Positions 28,411 to 36,001 of a stretch of DNA of 40,104 nucleotides are shown here, piece after piece. The stretch is from NCBI GenBank assembly GCA_964538495.1, contig CAZIEA010000003.1, positions 1 through 40,104 of the forward strand. The letters are read 5' to 3'. The notes beneath the pieces are model-generated. The model was given only the letters and a program-made list of their open reading frames with translations. It made no database searches and was not told the DNA's origin. Each line of letters opens with the position of its first letter. Within the stretch, counting starts at the first letter, position 1. A program made the position numbers and the translations under genes. Origin of the DNA: an uncultured bacterium. GTDB lineage: Bacteria > Auribacterota > Erginobacteria > Erginobacterales > DAOSXE01.

Positions 28411-30956
28411 TTTGCCTCCTTGGCGCACGATGTTTGGTGAAGACATTTCCAGCCCACCCGGCCCAGGCCGACCAGGAGCAAGAGGGCCCAGGAGAGGCCG
28501 GTGACCGTTAACCCGATCCGCCAGGCCCGGGGATGGAAGACGAGTTCCACCCGGTGCTCTCCCCGGGGGAGAACGATTCCCCGCTGCAAGTAATTTACCC
28601 GGTGGAGTTCAGCGGGTTGCCCGTCCATTTGCGCCTTCCAGCCGGGATACCAGGCCTCGGTCAGAACCAGCATGGCGGGGCGGAAAATCTCCACCTCGAT
28701 TTCCACCCGGTTGGGATCGCTGAAATCGAGGCGGGTGACCGGGCTGTCGGCCTGAATCGCCGCGAAACGGGCATAGTCCTTGTCCGGCTCGGAAGGGGGA
28801 AGGGACGCGTAATTCGTGATCCGTAATCCGTGATCCGTAACCGCCGTCGGAAGGGGTTCCTCGATGAATACGGCTCGTCGGAGGTCGCCCTGGGTCAGTT
28901 CCCGCGAAGCCTCCTCTTCGGAGCAGAGGACGATCCGGTCCAGGGCGAACGCTCGGGGCAGGGGCCGGGGGTTCCGGTGCAGGTAGAAACCGGCCTCCGA
29001 CCCCAGGGGAATTGTCTCCCCGCCGGGGAAGAGATTTTCGCTCCGGGAATCGAGCAGGGTTTCAACCGACATGTTGCTTAAAAAAGCGCCCGACTCCGGC
29101 CGGGGAAAATCCCAGTAGATCGGCCAGTCCGGGACCGTCCCATAGGCGTCGGCAAAGGCGCGGCGGAAACGCCGCTCCAGCGGCTTCATGTCGTAGCCCA
29201 TGAAAGCGAAGCTCCCCTCCAGGCGGGCGAAGTTGTCGTGGAAAGGCTGGTCGGTGGCCCAGCGCAGCGTAGGGTCTTCCCGGAAAGCGGCCAGCGAATG
29301 CACAACCCGCTCGATCATGGGGTGGGTGGAGGGGCTGCGGCTGCGGCGTTGCTGGGGCTTAGGTTCGTCAAAGCGGAAGATGCAGAAGTAGAAGGCGGCC
29401 CAGGCCAGGATGAAGGTTTCCAGCATCACCAGAGCCGCGGCGGCCGCGGCTCGTTCCCGGCCGCGGAAAATCCTCCAGACCGCGGCCAGGCAGAAGGCCG
29501 CTCCCAGGAAGTAGAGGACCGGCCCGCCCAGGAACCAATCCAGGGCGTCCCGGCGGAGGATCTCCTCCAGGCCGGGCAGGTAAAGACGGCCTCTCAGCAA
29601 AGCCTTGACCCCTTCCTTGCCGGCCAGGGCGGCCGGAAAGGTCAGGGCCGCTAAAGCCAGGTAACCCCAGACCAGCTTCCGGGGCCAGCCATCCGTGGCC
29701 TTGTCCCCGGCCAGGAGATACTCCGTGCCGAGCCCGGCCAGAATCGCGGCGGCGACTACTTGGAGCAGGCGGTAGCGGATGGGGAAAGGAAACAGAGAAA
29801 GCCCGGGGACGATTTCATAAAATATCCGATAAAACGGCGTATGCCTACCCAGGACGCAGAGGATGGAGAAGACCCAGATCCCTGCCGCGAAAATCGCCCA
29901 GAAGCGCAGCCGCCCTGGCCGGAGACGGTTGCGGACGAGAAAAACTCCCCCCAGCGCCAGGAAGGTAAGCAGCAGCCCCCCGCTCAGGTTGGCGTCCCAG
30001 AACCGGACTCCCTGGGTGACGGATTCCACCCAGTTGCGGCTGTTGAAACCGTTTACCGTGCCGAAAAGGTCGGGGACAAACAGGGTGGCGAGATAGAGCG
30101 GCGGGGCGCTTCCATCCGCTCCGGTCATGCCTTCGTAGGTCCTAGGCAGATGCTGCTCGGCATGAGTGTCGCCTTCAAGAGCGGAAAGCCAGAATACGGC
30201 CGAAAGCGCCAGCCCCAGGAGCGTTGCCAGCGCCAGTCCCAGGGGCGCCCGGAAGAAGAGCGCTTTCCGCCCGCGGCTTAAGCGGCGTAGTCCCAACCCC
30301 AGGGCCAGGAATCCGCTCAAGAGCATGCTGTAGCCGACGTGGGGAGGTTGAGCGGCGAACAGCATCAGGGCAATGATGATTCCCCCGCCGGCGATTTTCC
30401 CCCAGGTCAACCCGCGGTCCAGCGCGACCACGATGAGCAGCAGCCAGGGCAGCCAGGCCTGGACGTGCACCACCACCGACCAGACGTAGGAGTAGGAGAA
30501 AGCCGGGCTGAAGAGATAGACCCAGGCGGTGACGAAGGCGCTCAGCGGCCGCAGGCGGATTCCCCGGCGGGCGAAAAAATACATCCCGATCGCGGCCAGG
30601 CAGTAATGAAGCAGGAGCGGGATCGTGCTGATCATCAGGCAGGACTGATCGAGATCGTCGAGCCGGCTGAGCAGGTAGAAAGGCCAGTAGGGAAAATACC
30701 AGGTGTCGGCGTAGTAGCGGGCGTAGAAAGGGATGGCCCCGCACCAGGTGTCGGGTTCCCAACGGGGGACGATCCCGTTCTGGATGTGCCGGGCCAGGAA
30801 AAAATGCCAGGGGAATTCCGCCATGGCCAGGTCGTCGTGAAATATCCCGGACCGCCCGACCAGGACGGGCAGAAAAAGTACCAGAACCGCGAGGACCAGG
30901 AGAATGAGGGCCCCGGCGTCCGCCCGTTTCCGGGTTTGTTTTTTGCTGTTACGCAT
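28407..30956 (-). CDS. YfhO-family polytopic membrane protein (GT-C glycosyltransferase-like)
   Basis: 849 aa and polytopic. C-terminal block PAMLVLTEAWYPGWKAQMDGQPAELHRVNYLQRGIVLPRGEHRVELVFHP, then a terminal TM. Confidence 0.75.
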   Translation of the reverse strand: MRNSKKQTRKRADAGALILLVLAVLVLFLPVLVGRSGIFHDDLAMAEFPWHFFLARHIQNGIVPRWEPDTWCGAIPFYARYYADTWYFPYWPFYLLSRLDDLDQSCLMISTIPLLLHYCLAAIGMYFFARRGIRLRPLSAFVTAWVYLFSPAFSYSYVWSVVVHVQAWLPWLLLIVVALDRGLTWGKIAGGGIIIALMLFAAQPPHVGYSMLLSGFLALGLGLRRLSRGRKALFFRAPLGLALATLLGLALSAVFWLSALEGDTHAEQHLPRTYEGMTGADGSAPPLYLATLFVPDLFGTVNGFNSRNWVESVTQGVRFWDANLSGGLLLTFLALGGVFLVRNRLRPGRLRFWAIFAAGIWVFSILCVLGRHTPFYRIFYEIVPGLSLFPFPIRYRLLQVVAAAILAGLGTEYLLAGDKATDGWPRKLVWGYLALAALTFPAALAGKEGVKALLRGRLYLPGLEEILRRDALDWFLGGPVLYFLGAAFCLAAVWRIFRGRERAAAAAALVMLETFILAWAAFYFCIFRFDEPKPQQRRSRSPSTHPMIERVVHSLAAFREDPTLRWATDQPFHDNFARLEGSFAFMGYDMKPLERRFRRAFADAYGTVPDWPIYWDFPRPESGAFLSNMSVETLLDSRSENLFPGGETIPLGSEAGFYLHRNPRPLPRAFALDRIVLCSEEEASRELTQGDLRRAVFIEEPLPTAVTDHGLRITNYASLPPSEPDKDYARFAAIQADSPVTRLDFSDPNRVEIEVEIFRPAMLVLTEAWYPGWKAQMDGQPAELHRVNYLQRGIVLPRGEHRVELVFHPRAWRIGLTVTGLSWALLLLVGLGRVGWKCLHQTSCAKEAK
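28808..28842. repeat. five-unit heptad block of the intergenic E' word family embedded inside the YfhO coding sequence
   Basis: The + strand reads CGTAATT CGTGATC CGTAATC CGTGATC CGTAACC. The 14-mer CGTAATCCGTGATC is identical to 23824-23837. On the coding strand it encodes ..AVTDHGLRITNYA.. in a region that does not align with the paralog 31203-33659. Confidence 0.8.
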
Positions 30957-31105
30957 TGCCGGTTGCTGGGTCGTAGCGCAGGGCGTCAGCCCTGATTAAA
31001 AATCTTACCACGGATTCAGCCGCCGGTCGCCGCCGGTTTTGCTGGCCCTTCACAAACGGATTAGCCAAAATAACCTTGTCCGCGGATTTCCCGGATTCGC
31101 TTTTT

Positions 31106-31188
31106 GTGGACGATATGGACGATGTGGACTGAGTGGACCGGAGAAGCCCTGAGGCGCTCGCGTCCTGAACCCTGAATCCTGAACCCTG
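31106..31188 (+). repeat. 9-nt (GTGGACGAT-type) and 7-nt (CCTGAAC) tandem words in the divergent YfhO/YfhO spacer
   Basis: GTGGACGAT ATGGACGAT GTGGACTGA GTGGACCGG (31106-31141). CCTGAAC CCTGAAT CCTGAAC CCTGC (31164-31188), ending 14 nt before the ATG at 31203. Confidence 0.8.
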
Positions 31189-31202
31189 CTATTTCGACTT
31201 CG

Positions 31203-33659
31203 ATGCAAGAGAGGCGCAAGGACATCCTGGGGGCGGGAATCCTGCTGGGGCTGATCGGGGTATTTTTTCTGCCCCTGGCGACGGGCTGGGGCCGTTTTTT
31301 CTTCGACGACCTCGCTTTTACTTTTTATCCCCAGCAGGAGTACCTGGCTTCCCTCCTCCGGCAGGGTCTTTTCCCTCTCTGGGACCCGGCGGTCTGCGCC
31401 GGGGCGACGCCTTTTTTCTCCCGGCTCTTTTCGGCGGCTTATTACCCGGTTAACTGGATCTTTCTTCTGCTCGGGCGGGGGTCCTTTCCCGGGCTGGTTC
31501 TCCTCCCGCTTTATCTTCATTATCTGGCGGCCGCGCTCTTTTCTTACCTCCTGGCCCGACAAGGCTGGGAGCTTAACCGGCCGGGTTCGGGAGTCTTTGC
31601 CCTGGCTTATACCCTCTCTCCCTCCATGATCTACATGGCCACTTTTCCCCCCGAGATCTTCGTGCAGAGCTGGCTGCCGCTGCTTATCCTGCTCAGTCTC
31701 CGTTTTTCCCGGCGCGGCGGCCGGGGCTGGCTCCTGCTCGGTTCCGTGGTTTTTACCCTGGCCGCCAGCGCGGGCGACGTCCCTTTCGTCTTTCACTTGC
31801 TCTTTCTCTGGGGGCTCTCCGTTTTGGGCTGGGCTCTTTGGGCTTTCGGGACCGGGCGAAGGCGCCAAGCCGCCCGAGTCCTCCTGGGGACCTCGGTGAT
31901 GATCCTGATCGGGGGGCTCCTGGCCGGGGTTTATCTTTCCAACATAGCCGCGGGCTTGCGGATGCTTTCCGCCGATGACCCGGGAGTGGTGGAAGACCTC
32001 TGTTCCATCCGGCAGAGCCTGCACCCGCTTTACCTGCTTACCCTCCTGATCCCCGATTTCTTCGGAGGAGTGGATCTCCATCACTCCTGGGGCGCGGCCT
32101 GGGAATCTCACTGCACCCTCAACGACGGCAACCTCCTGGGCGGCCTGGCCGCCATTATCCTGGTTCTCCTGTCTCTCTCCCGGGTTGGGAAGGAGCGTGC
32201 CGCCCGCCCCGGGCTTCCTTCTCCGCGGGCTCTTTTTCTGTTTTTCGCCACGGTTGTGCTGCTGGGAACAGTCATGGTCCTGGGACCGTATACTCCCCTC
32301 TATGGAATCCTCAAGGCGCTGAACCCGTATTTTGGCATGCCCTATCCCTTGCGCTACCGGATCATCCAGAACTTCGGGATGGCGGGGCTGCTGGGGGTAT
32401 CGGCTTCCGTCCTCTGGGCCCGGCCCGCTGGCCCCCGCCTCCGGCGGGTCGTTCTCTACCTGGGGGTGGCGGCCGCCGGGGCTCTGCTGGCCCTGGTCTG
32501 GGCGTACCGGGTTGGCGACGACGAAATCCTGGCCGGTTATTCTCACTTGGCGTGGCTGAAGGATTACGGCTGGTTCTTCTCCGTGATCGGCGGTTATGTT
32601 TTGGCCGCGGGGGGGCTTTTGCTGATTTTTACCAGATTTTTTCCCCGGTATTTCGGCAGATTCCTGACGATTCTGGTCGCGGCCGAGCTGATCCTTTTCG
32701 CCGCCCAGGCCTGTTACCGCAACCGCGTCCTCAACCGCCGTTACCAGGACATGTCAGCCGAGCGCTACCGGGGGCCCGGGGATCATCCCGTCTACCTGAT
32801 GGTTCGGGAGTTTCATCGAATTTGCCCGGAGGATCCCTCCCGGAGCCGCCGGGGATATTACCGCTCCTCGCTGGACAACCTGGGCTGGGTCTTCGGGTCC
32901 AACTCCGCTCTCGGGGTTGACGTCAAGCCCATGATAGCGGATTTTGCCGCTGTCATCTCCGAAGCGGCCCCGGGCTATCCTTACGAGCTCCGGCCGGCCG
33001 ACTGGACGGCGCGTTTCTGGAAGAACATGTCGGTGGGAAGTTTCGTTTCCGACCGGCCGGTCCCGGACCCGGAGGCGGAGTTGCGGAGCCGTTTCGGAAC
33101 GTTCTACTTTTATCGCTATCCGGGAGCTCTGCCCCGAGCCTACTTTCAGGACCGCTGGAGCGTTTCCGATCGGGCCGGTGAGCGTCAGGCCCTGCTCGAA
33201 TACGACCTCCGTCATGTCGGTTATCTCCCCTCCGAGGCGTGGATTTTACGCCCCCAGGGTGAAAGCTACCCTGGGCAGGAAGAAAACGGCCGGGCCGAGG
33301 GCAGCGCGAGCTTTCTCCTCTTCCAGGAGGAAAACCCGATCGGAAGGGCTGATTTTTCCTCCCCCAACCGAATGGAATTGGAGATCCTGAACCGGAGCCC
33401 GGGAATGCTGGTACTCACCGACGTCTGGCATCCGGACTGGCGGGCTACCGTGAACGGCCGGGAAGAAACCATTCACCGGGTCAACTACCTCCAGCGCGGG
33501 GTCTGGCTCCAATCGGGGAGCAACCTGGTGGTGATGGAGTTTCTCCCCTCTTCCCTGGGGCCGGGGCTGGCGGCAACGGCGGCCGGCCTGCTCGGGTTGG
33601 TTCTGCTTGCGGTTTCAACCTTTAAGACTCGATCGGCGGGGGGGACGCCGAAGAGTTAA
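31203..33659 (+). CDS. YfhO-family polytopic membrane protein (GT-C glycosyltransferase-like)
   Basis: 818 aa and polytopic. C-terminal block PGMLVLTDVWHPDWRATVNGREETIHRVNYLQRGVWLQSGSNLVVMEFLP, then a terminal TM. The 498-aa antisense ORF is a GC shadow. Confidence 0.75.
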   Translation: MQERRKDILGAGILLGLIGVFFLPLATGWGRFFFDDLAFTFYPQQEYLASLLRQGLFPLWDPAVCAGATPFFSRLFSAAYYPVNWIFLLLGRGSFPGLVLLPLYLHYLAAALFSYLLARQGWELNRPGSGVFALAYTLSPSMIYMATFPPEIFVQSWLPLLILLSLRFSRRGGRGWLLLGSVVFTLAASAGDVPFVFHLLFLWGLSVLGWALWAFGTGRRRQAARVLLGTSVMILIGGLLAGVYLSNIAAGLRMLSADDPGVVEDLCSIRQSLHPLYLLTLLIPDFFGGVDLHHSWGAAWESHCTLNDGNLLGGLAAIILVLLSLSRVGKERAARPGLPSPRALFLFFATVVLLGTVMVLGPYTPLYGILKALNPYFGMPYPLRYRIIQNFGMAGLLGVSASVLWARPAGPRLRRVVLYLGVAAAGALLALVWAYRVGDDEILAGYSHLAWLKDYGWFFSVIGGYVLAAGGLLLIFTRFFPRYFGRFLTILVAAELILFAAQACYRNRVLNRRYQDMSAERYRGPGDHPVYLMVREFHRICPEDPSRSRRGYYRSSLDNLGWVFGSNSALGVDVKPMIADFAAVISEAAPGYPYELRPADWTARFWKNMSVGSFVSDRPVPDPEAELRSRFGTFYFYRYPGALPRAYFQDRWSVSDRAGERQALLEYDLRHVGYLPSEAWILRPQGESYPGQEENGRAEGSASFLLFQEENPIGRADFSSPNRMELEILNRSPGMLVLTDVWHPDWRATVNGREETIHRVNYLQRGVWLQSGSNLVVMEFLPSSLGPGLAATAAGLLGLVLLAVSTFKTRSAGGTPKS

Positions 33660-33790
33660 GACCATCTTTGCTGCCTTCTCCGGCGGCTCTGGCGATGACG
33701 GCAACTCCGAAGAACCTGAATTTAATCCCCGAGGGGGAAGGGAGGCTTTGAAACGTAACAGTAATTTATACTGAAAAAGCCCTGCCTATA

Positions 33791-33847
33791 AAAATCCGGC
33801 CCAAAATCCGGCCTGACTTGACAAAATGGCTCCTTACCCTTGATAAT
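33791..33847 (+). promoter_or_regulatory. sigma70-like promoter preceded by an 11-nt direct repeat
   Basis: TTGACA (33818-33823), an 18-nt spacer, then GATAAT (33842-33847). Immediately upstream, AAAATCCGGCC occurs twice (33791-33801 and 33803-33813). It lies about 35 nt upstream of the GTG at 33882. Confidence 0.5.
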
Positions 33848-33881
33848 ATTTAGAAGAACCGGTGTATCCCGGAGGGGTGGA

Positions 33882-34523
33882 GTGCGTCATTCGACAGGAA
33901 TAAAACTGTTTATCGGGGCGGTCGTTCTGGGACATGTGTTGGCGGCCGGATGCGGCGGGCGGGCTCCCTCTGGGGGCGAGCTCGCCGAGATCGAGAGGGT
34001 GGGATCCTTTACCGGGATCATCGAGGTTGCTTATCCCGACGGCAAGACCGGCCGTCTTTCCCCCGGCCAAGAACAAATTTTCTTCCTTCCCGGAACCCGG
34101 ATTGCGGTGATCGAAGGCGAGTGCGTCGCTTACCTGGGCGGGACCAAGGTTATCCTGTCCCGGGGGCATTCCGCCCGGGTGATCCCCCCCCTGACCGTGA
34201 TCGACTCGATCATCGCCCATTCCGGGAGCTTCCGGGCCTTTCTCCCGGACGCTTCCGAGATCCTGGTGGCGGCCGGGGAGGAAATTCCCTCGCTCCCGGC
34301 GGGGACCTTGATCCTGGTGGCCGAGGGCGAAGTCATGATCTTTTCCCGGGGGAGCCGGCTGGCTCTTTCCCGGGGCGAAGTCGGGCGCCTGGACCGGGCG
34401 CTCGAGCGGGGGGCGCGCCAGCCCGTTCCTTCACCAACCGCGCTCCGGCCGGTGATACTTTCCGGCGCGGCCGGGTTGGTGGGGCCCACGCCGCTTTCGG
34501 CCAGCCCTTACTTGCCGGATTGA
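33882..34523 (+). CDS. lipoprotein of unknown function with internal duplication (FecR-like beta motif)
   Basis: GTG at 33882 follows GGAGG (33871-33875). Lipobox LAAGC in (M)RHSTGIKLFIGAVVLGHVLAAGCGG. Two similar segments (GS-F..., ..PG/AGT.I.V.EGE...., SRG...). The track ORF starts at 33840. Confidence 0.5.
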   Translation: MRHSTGIKLFIGAVVLGHVLAAGCGGRAPSGGELAEIERVGSFTGIIEVAYPDGKTGRLSPGQEQIFFLPGTRIAVIEGECVAYLGGTKVILSRGHSARVIPPLTVIDSIIAHSGSFRAFLPDASEILVAAGEEIPSLPAGTLILVAEGEVMIFSRGSRLALSRGEVGRLDRALERGARQPVPSPTALRPVILSGAAGLVGPTPLSASPYLPD

Positions 34524-34524
34524 T

Positions 34525-35715
34525 ATGCGTTTCTGGAAAAAACGTGCACTTGCCCTGGGGCTGGCGCTCCTGACCGCCTCCCCGATCTCCGCCGCCGGAT
34601 TGTCGGTGGGAGAGCCGGGCCGGGGGATCAGCTACGGCAACCTCCTGCTCACTCCCCGGCTCTGGCTTTCCGGCGGTTACGAGAGCAATATCTACTGGAC
34701 CGAGACCGACGAGGAGAGCGATTACCTGGCTACGGTCAGTCCCGGGATCAGCCTGAAGCTTCCCTGGGAGCACGAACGCAACCTCCTGGAAATTTCCTAC
34801 CGGGCCGACCTGATCTATTACCGGGACCACCCGCTGGAGAACCATCAGGATAACAATCTAGACGGCTATCTGCGCTACCGGCTGATGCGTGAATACACCC
34901 TGGAAATCGGGGACAACTACCAGAGAACTTCCTCCCGTTTCGACACCGAGTTCCGCGAGCGCATCCCCCGCACCGACAACACATTCTGGGGCCGGGTTTC
35001 CGGGGACTACAATTCCTTCGGTTTTGAGGCGGGGTACCGCAACTTTTACCGGAATTTCCATACCGACCGCTACGAACAATACGACCGGGTCGAAAACGCC
35101 GGGATTTTTGCTCTGCTCTACCGGGTCGCCCCCAAAACCCAAGCCCTGGTCGAGTATGTCTATAACCAGATCGACTACCGAACCGCCGACGAGCGCGACG
35201 GGCACTACCACGAAATCCTGGGCGGGTTCCGGGGCGAGCTTACCCCCCGCTTGAGCGGGACCGCCAAGGTCGGTTACCAGATCCGTCGCTACGACCAGCC
35301 TTACTGGAACGACTTCGAGGGTTTGGTCGGGTACCTTTCCCTGGAGCAGGTTTTCTCCGCCCATACCAACCTCCGCCTGGGCTGGGAACGTTCGCTGCAG
35401 GAGTCGACTTACGCCGGGAACAGCTATTACGAGGTAAACCGGGTCTGGGCCCGTCTCAACCAACAGCTGGCCCGCAAGCTCAGCGGCTTCGCCGAGTTCG
35501 GCTACGGCAACTATATGTATCCCAACCCCGATTTGGTCCCCGGGGGGAGGCGCCGTATTGACGATACTTACAACTTTGCCGTTGGCGTCACCTACAGCCT
35601 GCAGGAATGGCTGGAATTCTCCCTGCGCTACGCCTGGCGCCGGCGGGAATCGACCGTTGCCGATCTCGGCTACGTGGACAACTACCTCGGGTTCACGGTT
35701 TACGCCTGGTACTGA
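34525..35715 (+). CDS. outer-membrane beta-barrel protein (EpsL / polysaccharide-export-associated barrel type)
   Basis: Signal peptide MRFWKKRALALGLALLTASPISAAG. Alternating hydrophobic and Y/R/G-rich strands throughout. C-terminal aromatic signature ..YLGFTVYAWY*. Sits immediately upstream of wza/wzc. Confidence 0.65.
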   Translation: MRFWKKRALALGLALLTASPISAAGLSVGEPGRGISYGNLLLTPRLWLSGGYESNIYWTETDEESDYLATVSPGISLKLPWEHERNLLEISYRADLIYYRDHPLENHQDNNLDGYLRYRLMREYTLEIGDNYQRTSSRFDTEFRERIPRTDNTFWGRVSGDYNSFGFEAGYRNFYRNFHTDRYEQYDRVENAGIFALLYRVAPKTQALVEYVYNQIDYRTADERDGHYHEILGGFRGELTPRLSGTAKVGYQIRRYDQPYWNDFEGLVGYLSLEQVFSAHTNLRLGWERSLQESTYAGNSYYEVNRVWARLNQQLARKLSGFAEFGYGNYMYPNPDLVPGGRRRIDDTYNFAVGVTYSLQEWLEFSLRYAWRRRESTVADLGYVDNYLGFTVYAWY

Positions 35716-35755
35716 GCGTCGAACCCGATCCGCGGATTAAGCCGCCCGCCAGTTT

Positions 35756-36000
35756 GTCCACAGATTTCACAGATTTTATCTTCATGATCTTCATGGTGTA
35801 AAAACAGGCTGAAGACTGAAGGAACCGACGCACCGATTGAACCGCGAATCTCGCGAATCCACACGGATCAAGGTGACTGATTACTGATTACGGTTTACGG
35901 GTGAATCCTGACTCCTGTTTCCTGTATCCTTAAACTTTGCCTGATTACGGATCACTGATCACGGATTACTGGTTTTTCCTGAACCCTGAACCCTGAACCC
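35756..36000 (+). repeat. full copy of modular intergenic mosaic element (A-B-C-D-E-F-E'-T5-G)
   Basis: - A: CACAGATTT x2
- B: CTTCATGAT CTTCATGGT
- C: CTGAAGA CTGAAGG
- D: GATTGAACCGCGAATCTCGCGAATCC
- E: GACTGATTACTGATTACGG (35875-35893)
- F: GAATCCTGACTCCTGTTTCCTGTATCC (35903-35929)
- E': CTGATTACGGATCACTGATCACGGATTACTGG (35941-35972)
- T5, then G: CCTGAAC x3 (35978-36000), abutting the TTG start at 36002. Confidence 0.85.
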
Positions 36001-36001
36001 T

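Noticed and set aside
32555-32575. GGCTGAAGGATTACGG inside YfhO gene 31203-33659 resembles the spacer words CTGAAGG and GATTACGG.
   Set aside because: It is a single non-tandem occurrence encoding LKDYGW in an otherwise ordinary region. It is too short to distinguish from chance, unlike the five-unit block at 28808-28842.
35753-35781. Module A as a promoter (TTGTCC-17 nt-TATCTT).
   Set aside because: The putative -35 and -10 hexamers are not conserved in the other copies (ATGTCC/TAACTT at 20311; TCGTCC/TTTTTC at 38856). The match is weak even in this copy.
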